This document shows positions 57,203 to 64,000 of a DNA stretch of 64,000 nucleotides, one piece after another. The first letter of the stretch is position 1. Each line of letters starts with the position of its first letter. The notes under the pieces were generated by a model that saw only the letters and a program-made list of their open reading frames with translations, did not search any database and was not told the origin of the DNA. Position numbers and translations under genes: made by a program. This stretch comes from Alphaproteobacteria bacterium (GTDB lineage: Bacteria; Pseudomonadota; Alphaproteobacteria; Rs-D84), in the NCBI GenBank assembly GCA_009783145.1, contig WRHR01000003.1:23019-87018 (forward strand), read 5' to 3'.

Positions 57203-57912
57203 TTTATTTCTCCTGGCTCTATCTTGGGCAACTTAAATTCAGCATCGGTATCTTGTAGCTGTTTTATCATAAATTTTTCAAGATCTTCACGTGCGGAATT
57301 AAAATTGTCTTTGGTTATGAACACCGGCTGACCCACATTGCAGATTATCTTTGAAAACGGCTTGGCGACCAAGTATCTGTCCCAACGCTTTTGAAACCAA
57401 GGACGCGAACTTGAATAACATACCGGGATGATCGGCGCGCCGGTCATGCGCGCGAAGTAAAGCGCGCCGTCGTTCAGGCGCATCAAAGGCCCCTTTGGGC
57501 CGTCGGGAGAGAGCGCAAGGATATAGCCTTCGTTAAGGCGCCGCACGCCTTGGCGCAGCGCGGATACGGCCCCGTCGCGACCGGTGGAGCCAAATATGGC
57601 GCGCAAACCGAACAAGCGCTGTAATTTCGCCATCAGGCGTCCATCCTTGTGGCGGGATGAAAGCGCGAATCCGCGAAATCCGTACCTGCGGACAATGGGG
57701 GAAAGCATCATGGATCGCCCATGCCAAAAGACGAATATGGCGGGCTTTTTGCGGTGTTCCAGGAAAACTTGTTCGCCATTGATTTTTTTTCTGGAAGTAA
57801 AATAAACGAGGTAAATCCCCAAAAACATAACGGAGGCCAAGACCCATTGCACTGGGGCGGCGCCAAACGCTTTTTTCCAAAATCTTTTCCAAACGTCTTT
57901 AAATTTCTTCAT
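57196..57912 (-). CDS. DUF374-family (lysophospholipid acyltransferase-like) lipid A-associated protein
   Basis: FVFWHGR, LSSRHKDGRL, ALSPDGPKGP motifs; start at MKKFKDVWK; upstream of lpxK. Confidence 0.6.
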   Translation of the reverse strand: MKKFKDVWKRFWKKAFGAAPVQWVLASVMFLGIYLVYFTSRKKINGEQVFLEHRKKPAIFVFWHGRSMMLSPIVRRYGFRGFALSSRHKDGRLMAKLQRLFGLRAIFGSTGRDGAVSALRQGVRRLNEGYILALSPDGPKGPLMRLNDGALYFARMTGAPIIPVCYSSSRPWFQKRWDRYLVAKPFSKIICNVGQPVFITKDNFNSAREDLEKFMIKQLQDTDAEFKLPKIEPGEIKN

Positions 57913-58273
57913 AACAAACTCTGCTTTAAGGGAAATATAGCAATAAGCCCAAAGGAATTCAACAAAAACGAAATCCGCCCGCTCGCCGATTCGTTGCTGT
58001 GGATTTTCATAGTAATTTAGTGCGTGTAATGCCCGGTTTCCTGGGACTTTTTTAGTGTTTAGCGAATAACAAAAAATACCTTGACCGAAAAATATTTCTT
58101 CTGTATAAAACAAGATAAAGGGGACCGATTTATAAAAAAATCAATCCCCTGAAACTGGGCGGTGTAATGGTGCCCAAGTGTGAACACTTCCACCTTACAC
58201 TGCCCAAGAGTACTTTGTCAAATGCAAATTTGATGAAGGTGTTTAACACATCATATAACCAAAAGGATAAAAA

Positions 58274-58504
58274 ATGGTGAGATGTAAAAGAACGTGGGGA
58301 TTAGAAATCCACCACAAACGCATTGATGGCGGAAATGACTTGGGTAATGCCCAAGTTTTATGCCAAAAATGCCACGAAAACACAAGCTCTTATGGCAGCC
58401 CAGACCATAAAACTCCGCCTGCGTTTAGCGAAGAAACAAAAAAAGCTGCGCTGAAACGTGCGGAGCATCGGTGCGAATGCACAAAGGGAGCTTGTTGTTT
58501 ATAA
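58274..58504 (+). CDS. HNH endonuclease
   Basis: LEIHHKRIDGGNDLGNAQVLCQKCH, a short stand-alone HNH motif; begins the AT-rich island; terminator follows. Confidence 0.7.
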   Translation: MVRCKRTWGLEIHHKRIDGGNDLGNAQVLCQKCHENTSSYGSPDHKTPPAFSEETKKAALKRAEHRCECTKGACCL

Positions 58505-58505
58505 C

Positions 58506-58536
58506 AAATAACCGCCCAAATGGGCGGTTTTGTTTT
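58506..58536 (+). terminator. Rho-independent terminator after HNH gene
   Basis: aaataaccgcccaaatgggcggttttgtttt. Confidence 0.7.
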
Positions 58537-59062
58537 GAACTTGGTTGGGGCAGTTAGACAAGTTTCTAACTGACCAGTCTGATGAACTGATAGATTTCAT
58601 AAATCAGTATAATCACTTTATGGAACTGCTATCCATAGAAGAACCAGAACTATTTGCTCTATACGGCGGAAACATTGGTGTTGAAAAATAATTCATTACG
58701 ATTTAATCCGATATTCCGAATTCCATTAAATCCACATATTTGACCCACAGACCTTCAGGTTATGAGTCCGATTATCAACAGTTCAGCAACCGTTCTTAAA
58801 TCACTTATTGCTCTGCAAGTGTTAGTTTTCAACGGTCATTATCAACCATTAGTGGAATTGTTCTATAAACCATTCTGATAACCATTCTATCAAACCCTAT
58901 GTAAAAACAGATTGTAGTTTGTTGAACCATTCTTAAAAGTGTTTCAAAAGAGTTAATTAACTGGACTTTGTTATATGGTTCCGCCAGGGTTAAGGGGTTG
59001 ATGAAACGATTTATGAAAAAGGAGATTGCTATGAACTTTTATTATGCTGAAATGGTTCGCAT

Positions 59063-60037
59063 CTATTGACCTTCGGAACTAATCACCGTTTTCCATACAT
59101 CTCTTTCTTTCGGAGTCAGTAAAACACAGTCATAATGCAACCCTTTCGGAGCATAGTCATTTACGATATAAAGGTTATTGCTATTTCTCTTATGTGCAGT
59201 TGCAAGTTTGCTGGTTATAACATTAGATTTTGTCGTAAATTCAAACGAACTACCGTCCTCAAAATAGACTTTTTCATAATAAGGCAAATCCGAACAATTA
59301 GTTTTAAGATTTTTCTTTTCATTATAATTAAAGTGCTGGTATCCAAATTTATATACATTTAGTTTCCCCATCTTGATTTTTTTAGAGTCTTTATACCTAT
59401 AAGTTTTTTCATTACTATATGAACCAAATATATTTACTTCACAAGAATTTTTGGTGAATGAGACCAAATACTCAAACGGAAGTTTCTTTGCTATAACTGC
59501 TTCAAGTGCTTCACGAGACCAACCGCCCTTGTTTTTAACTTCCTGTATAAATCTATCAGTATCCCCCACCGCACAGAAAAATAGTTTCTGCTTGCCTTCT
59601 TCTTTATCAAAAAATGCCATTGAACTTTTCGCAATCTTCTCCATTTCCTTCTTTTTGCACAATTCTTCTATGGCATCCCTTTTCTTCGGAGAGTATGAAG
59701 CAAACTTCCGTTTGAAATTATCAACATCTATAAGCAGGTCTCGTGGGTCTGTTTCTACAAACCCAACATCCACATAATTAAAGTTTCTTTGGGAAGAACT
59801 AATATCCATTTTTCGTTGGAAGTCCCTTTTGGGTTCAAAACCTTGTGCGACACCGCAGGGTATATCCACACCCCAGTCTTTCATAGATTTTTTGGAAATC
59901 TTATCAACCTCGTCTGTAAATAGATTGATTCCTACCGGGATAAGAACCACCGCAGATACACCGCCAATAATTGCATATTTGACGACATTTAATAATCCCG
60001 ACCACAAGGTCTTTATAGAACCCAGCATTTGTTTCAT
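59063..60037 (-). CDS. Membrane-anchored hypothetical protein
   Basis: N-terminal TM (YAIIGGVSAVVLIPVGINLF); AT-rich; no family recognised. Confidence 0.4.
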   Translation of the reverse strand: MKQMLGSIKTLWSGLLNVVKYAIIGGVSAVVLIPVGINLFTDEVDKISKKSMKDWGVDIPCGVAQGFEPKRDFQRKMDISSSQRNFNYVDVGFVETDPRDLLIDVDNFKRKFASYSPKKRDAIEELCKKKEMEKIAKSSMAFFDKEEGKQKLFFCAVGDTDRFIQEVKNKGGWSREALEAVIAKKLPFEYLVSFTKNSCEVNIFGSYSNEKTYRYKDSKKIKMGKLNVYKFGYQHFNYNEKKNLKTNCSDLPYYEKVYFEDGSSFEFTTKSNVITSKLATAHKRNSNNLYIVNDYAPKGLHYDCVLLTPKERDVWKTVISSEGQ

Positions 60038-60061
60038 TTTGGTTTCCTTTGAATTCCGTTT

Positions 60062-60958
60062 TTAGAACATATTTTTCAGTCCATTAAAAACTTCAAGTTC
60101 TTGCTTATCGCTGACAAGTTTCCAGACTGTTGGTATATTTCTATGCCCATTGTCTTTAACCTGTTCTCGACTCATTCTGCAGGACTTATTCAATATGTCA
60201 TTTAATTGGTCAATAGACCACGGGTCTGTATATGCAGATTCCATTTCTACGATACATTCGCCCGTTTTTTGATTATAAATAGTCTGAACAAATGACCTTT
60301 TCTTGCCACGACCAAATGGACAAGTTGTATCCACTCTTCCATCGGCAGTTTTACCATTATATTCACAATCTCTCAAATTGGGTTGAACCATATTTCCAAA
60401 AGTGCATTGTGAATCTTCTATGTATCTGGTAGTAGTGGACTTTTTAGTTTTAATTAGCGAATAAACAGTTTTGTTGATTGTGCAAGAGTATTGTCCTGTT
60501 TCGTTAAAACTCACCTCCAAATATCGTGTTTCCGATTTGTCTTCAAATTTGTAAATTAAATTGAGGATTTCGGGGACTTTTTCGCAAACAATGTCTTTTC
60601 CTGAAGTTTTGTTTGTTGGCACCTTTTCTTCAAAATAAGTAGGTCTTGTGTGCTTTATTATCTGATAACAAACCTTTGCGGAGTTTTGCTCTTGTTTTGC
60701 ATTACCTTCAATTTGCGAGTTGTCGTTTTTTGCTTCTTCTATCTTCTTATGGCACTCCGAATCCGAAAGATATTTTGTTTTCTTCTTTTTCTTTATTTTG
60801 CAATATTTCTCTTTCAAATCTGGGTCAATTTGCAACTTTTCACTTATAGTCGTATCGGTTGTAGGTGTTGATGGGGCAAGTGACTTCTGGGATTTCTTCG
60901 GACTACCACCACAAGCGACAAGTGCCAGCAGTGCTATCAGGATTGTAAGTTTTTTCAT
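60062..60958 (-). CDS. Cys-rich lipoprotein, hypothetical
   Basis: MKKLTILIALLALVACGG lipobox, about 14 Cys, Lys-rich low-complexity region. Confidence 0.45.
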   Translation of the reverse strand: MKKLTILIALLALVACGGSPKKSQKSLAPSTPTTDTTISEKLQIDPDLKEKYCKIKKKKKTKYLSDSECHKKIEEAKNDNSQIEGNAKQEQNSAKVCYQIIKHTRPTYFEEKVPTNKTSGKDIVCEKVPEILNLIYKFEDKSETRYLEVSFNETGQYSCTINKTVYSLIKTKKSTTTRYIEDSQCTFGNMVQPNLRDCEYNGKTADGRVDTTCPFGRGKKRSFVQTIYNQKTGECIVEMESAYTDPWSIDQLNDILNKSCRMSREQVKDNGHRNIPTVWKLVSDKQELEVFNGLKNMF

Positions 60959-61415
60959 TTTTTATCCTTTTGGATTTTTGTGCAAAAACCACCCTTCCAA
61001 CAGAAAGGTGGTCCAGGTTTTCCAAATCATCAAATGAGTGATTCCGTTGCCTTCGGCAATGCCTTATAACAACGGTGCCTGGACCATAAGGAACAGGCGA
61101 TAACGGTGTGAAAAGCACCATTATGCAAAAAATCGGATAAACGATGCTTTCACACCGCATTTGACGGGTTTGGAAATCCCGGAACCAATTATCCCTAATT
61201 GATTCAACCTAAATCATACTTAAAAACCTTGGAAATATCAACCAGAAACCTTAAATAATTTTCAGTTTCAAAATACTTATTTTAGTCGGGACTTGTGGAA
61301 GTTTTTTTGTATAAAATCTACCTAGATTGGCATTTGTTGCAATTTTTAGATTGAATAATTTGTAAAGTTTATTGTAAGGTTAAATTATAAAGAACAAGAC
61401 AAAAAAGCAGAACGA

Positions 61416-62087
61416 ATGCGAGTAAAAGACGGTATTATTATTGCCAATGCAGCGGATAAAATAAAAGCAGAATTGATAGATTTTCTGCTTGATTGCCATG
61501 ACAATTTTGACCTCATTGCCAACGAGACCCCTTTTTTGCAAAGCGAGCGAATGGCGGATATGATTGCTATTCGCAATGGCATAACAATGGGGTTTGAGAT
61601 AAAAAGCAATACAGACGACTTGCGGACTCTTTCCCAGCAATTGAGTGATTATACAAGGGTGTTTAATGCGGTTTATCTGGTATTTTCTGCAAAGTTTGCT
61701 GGCAGTCCAGAAATTGAAAAATTGCCCAAGACTATCGGTCTTTTTACTGTTGATACCGACAATAATCTAAAATTTCGCCGCAAAGCGGCAACAAAGGTTA
61801 TACTGGATAAATCCGCGATGCTTTCCTTGTTATGGAGAAAGGATTTGGAGACTCTTGCTCCCAGCAAGAAGAAAGCGGACTTTGACGATTTACGAGATTA
61901 TGTGCTGAGAAACTGCCCAATAAAGACCATTCAAGAACAAATTATAAAATCACTGCAATCTCGCTATGGGAATGGATATAAGTTGATGATACACGAAAGG
62001 GGCGAGAAAACTACCATAGAAGACCTGTTTTACATTACAGGTCTAAAAAAGCACCAGATTGTCTTCGCAGATACAAGCATTGCATAG
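61416..62087 (+). CDS. PD-(D/E)xK nuclease-fold protein (sce7726/MmcB-like)
   Basis: ADMIAIRNGITMGFEIKS gives a D..x12..E-x-K arrangement; AT-rich island. Confidence 0.35.
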   Translation: MRVKDGIIIANAADKIKAELIDFLLDCHDNFDLIANETPFLQSERMADMIAIRNGITMGFEIKSNTDDLRTLSQQLSDYTRVFNAVYLVFSAKFAGSPEIEKLPKTIGLFTVDTDNNLKFRRKAATKVILDKSAMLSLLWRKDLETLAPSKKKADFDDLRDYVLRNCPIKTIQEQIIKSLQSRYGNGYKLMIHERGEKTTIEDLFYITGLKKHQIVFADTSIA

Positions 62088-63165
62088 TCATATATAGATT
62101 TGACCGCACAGCAATCCAATATGCTGGTGCTTTGCCTTCTGGGGCACCGTTTGCCTTTTCAGCAATTCGTCTGTCCCCCTCGGTTAAAAACTCAGTTATA
62201 GGTGCATATTCGGACGAACCAATAACCTGCTTTGCTAATCCTACATAATCCGAACTGGTATTTCGCCCATTCCCTCGTCTAAACCAGTATTTTATGGGTT
62301 GCTTTGTTCGTTGGTCTCTTTCAATATAATCTATCCTTGCATACCATCCGGCACCACCCATTTCATATCTTTTGGGATATATGGATGAGAAATCCCCGTG
62401 AAAGACTTTGCTTCCTAATTCGGTCTTTACACAATCAGAGACTTGATTTTCAGTAATATCAATACTGCCCGCAGTTTTGCTTATACTACTAACCGATGCA
62501 GGGAAACTTGAAGAAACAGGTATAAGTGCTTTTATATTTGAAATATCTATACCAGATAATCCGCTCTTAATTTCATTTTCCTTATAGTCCCGAACAAAGT
62601 CAAAATCAAGAATAACAAACAATTTGCCGTTGCCAATAATGTCAGTAATAAATTTGATAACCTGTGGCAAAGATGGTGCAAAAGCAGGCAATTTTACAGC
62701 AATGTAATCAAAATTAGCATTTAATACTTGTATTTGTGCTTGAACCTCTGTCATATGGGCAGCATTAAATTGAATGACAGGTATAACCTGCTTCTTGAAT
62801 TTATCGTTCTTTTGTAAGAAATCAGACCAAGATTGATACCCGTTTGACGGGTCTAATAATCCGCCACCTTTACTGCTAAGACCGTCATATTTCAATGAAG
62901 CATCGTCTGTTATATCCAGAATGAACCGCCTGTCGTCCATAAAATCTAATATTTTTTGGATTTTGTTGTATATATCGCCCTGTCTTCTTTTGCCCCGCAA
63001 ATTTTCGTCTTTACAATTTTTTGTATAGGTGTATCCCAACTCCCCTGTCATTTCAATTATAGGTAAAATGTTATCTTTGACTGTATCGTTCAGGGCATCA
63101 TAAGCATTCACCTCTGACGGGCGAGTTTTTAAGATTGGGAAATAGCAGTATCTTGGCATACTCAA
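62035..63165 (-). CDS. Hypothetical protein, partner of ImmA-like peptidase (possibly sce7725-like)
   Basis: 376-aa ORF, 4-nt overlap with the upstream ImmA/IrrE gene; convergent with and 3'-overlapping the PD-(D/E)xK gene. Confidence 0.35.
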   Translation of the reverse strand: MSMPRYCYFPILKTRPSEVNAYDALNDTVKDNILPIIEMTGELGYTYTKNCKDENLRGKRRQGDIYNKIQKILDFMDDRRFILDITDDASLKYDGLSSKGGGLLDPSNGYQSWSDFLQKNDKFKKQVIPVIQFNAAHMTEVQAQIQVLNANFDYIAVKLPAFAPSLPQVIKFITDIIGNGKLFVILDFDFVRDYKENEIKSGLSGIDISNIKALIPVSSSFPASVSSISKTAGSIDITENQVSDCVKTELGSKVFHGDFSSIYPKRYEMGGAGWYARIDYIERDQRTKQPIKYWFRRGNGRNTSSDYVGLAKQVIGSSEYAPITEFLTEGDRRIAEKANGAPEGKAPAYWIAVRSNLYMTMQCLYLRRQSGAFLDL

Positions 63166-63737
63166 TACTCCGATATTAGACCAAGTTTATAAGCACGATA
63201 GCGGACCGCCGGTGTGGATAAATTAAACTTGTCTGCCAGTTTCTTTACTGTATTCTCTCCCCTTTTAATACAATCGTTTACAATCGTTTCAGGCATCAAT
63301 AAGTTTGAAGCAAAATCATTTGCCTCCCGTTCATCTGGATTTGTATTCTCGTCCCTGAAAAATATCAGGTCGTGCTGAAATCTTCCATTTGCATATTTTT
63401 CGCGGTGTTTTACATAATGTCCTAATTCGTGAGCGATTGTAAATCTTTGTCGCTGTTCGCTTTCATATTGATTTATATAAATACACCACTGGTTATCTAT
63501 CTGTTCTAGAAAACCAGAAGCGGATTTACCCAAATCCTTTTTTATCAATTTAATACCAAATATCTTTTCAACAACACTGGCAATATCCAATGGGTCGGTT
63601 TTTATTTTGAGTTCTTTCGCTTTTGCCCAGATTTCAGAGACAGACATTGTTTGAGGTGTTTGTTTCTTTGCCACAGAACGGGAAGTGGCATTCCCGCCGG
63701 AGAGAAAGTTTTGCCAATTAGATAAGTCTGTTGCCAT
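63162..63737 (-). CDS. ImmA/IrrE-family metallo-endopeptidase
   Basis: HELGHYVKH HEXXH motif plus EREANDFASNLLMP downstream. Confidence 0.7.
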   Translation of the reverse strand: MATDLSNWQNFLSGGNATSRSVAKKQTPQTMSVSEIWAKAKELKIKTDPLDIASVVEKIFGIKLIKKDLGKSASGFLEQIDNQWCIYINQYESEQRQRFTIAHELGHYVKHREKYANGRFQHDLIFFRDENTNPDEREANDFASNLLMPETIVNDCIKRGENTVKKLADKFNLSTPAVRYRAYKLGLISEY

Positions 63738-63979
63738 TATCTCCCTCCTTTCTTTTTCGTGGTTGCTTTTTTCTTTGCTGCGGGTTTAGGTTTTATAGTC
63801 GCAGCAGCATCCTTCTGTATCTGCTCAATAATCTTATTTTTTGTTAGTTCATATTCTTGCGATATGAATCCACGGATTCGGGTTTCGTCTAATTCTTCTG
63901 CTACATAATCCGACAAGTTTGTTTTAAGATAATCCGCAACTTTCTTGTCAAAATATATGCCAAACCATTCGGATTGCAT
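63737..63979 (-). CDS. Small hypothetical protein with Lys/Ala/Pro-rich basic tail
   Basis: Start overlaps the ImmA stop (ATGA); C-terminal AAKKKATTKKKGGR tail. Confidence 0.3.
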   Translation of the reverse strand: MQSEWFGIYFDKKVADYLKTNLSDYVAEELDETRIRGFISQEYELTKNKIIEQIQKDAAATIKPKPAAKKKATTKKKGGR

Positions 63980-64000
63980 TTCTTCGTGAATGATTTTCCG

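Noticed and set aside
58120-64000. Calling the AT-rich region a prophage
   Set aside because: No integrase, capsid, terminase or other phage structural genes are visible in the window. Only HNH and ImmA-type genes were recognised, so it is reported as an accessory island of uncertain nature.

Overview
Most of this 64-kb window is a conserved housekeeping backbone from a Gram-negative bacterium. The gene content (lpxC/lpxK/kdsA/kdsB LPS genes, LpoA-like lipoprotein divergent from rsmI, ZitP-like protein) points to a proteobacterium. The repeat biology and an Ulp1-like protease point more specifically to an alphaproteobacterial intracellular symbiont, but that is inference. Recognisable genes include engB, a SAM methyltransferase, rsmI, an LpoA-like lipoprotein, rluD, serS, typA, kdsA, kdsB, recA, an MFS transporter, a CDGSH protein, mnmE, ruvA, yebC, ruvC, a DciA-like protein, mltA, secB, xth, an acyl-CoA synthetase, tsaE, uvrB, an asmA-family protein, aspS, tRNA-Met, tRNA-Thr, ung, gyrB, fabG, fabD, cdd, lpxC, lpxK and a DUF374 acyltransferase. 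Three things stand out.

(1) An unusual type-IV-filament-like secretion or pilus module sits at 49.5–54.7 kb. It runs lipoprotein, GspL/PilMNO-like membrane protein, PilP/GspC-like protein, GspE/PilB-type ATPase with a C-terminal CxxC..CxxC motif, then a short GspF-like platform protein. No secretin, major pilin or prepilin peptidase is in the window. About 40 kb away (6.3–11.2 kb) lies a tandem triad of 416–480-aa paralogous proteins with type-IV-pilin-like (class III) N-termini, followed by a ZitP-like MJ0042 zinc-finger/DUF3426 protein.

(2) Short palindromic repeat elements have proliferated heavily. I count at least ten families built from inverted runs of 6–8-mer tandem repeats, about 25 copies in total. 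Several copies lie in-frame inside essential genes: two in mnmE, and one each in tsaE, fabG, lpxK, the dciA-like gene and rluD. Others supply gene termini and stop codons. This resembles Rickettsia palindromic elements, but the families look distinct.

(3) Accessory content is concentrated at the two edges of the window. At the left edge is a eukaryote-like CE-clan (Ulp1-like) protease carrying a C10/G10 homopolymer. From about 58.1 to 64 kb is an AT-rich island with an HNH endonuclease, an ImmA/IrrE metallopeptidase, a PD-(D/E)xK-like protein and unknown partners, which may be a defence or mobile island.

Every call below comes from reading the sequence and translated ORFs. No database search was run.
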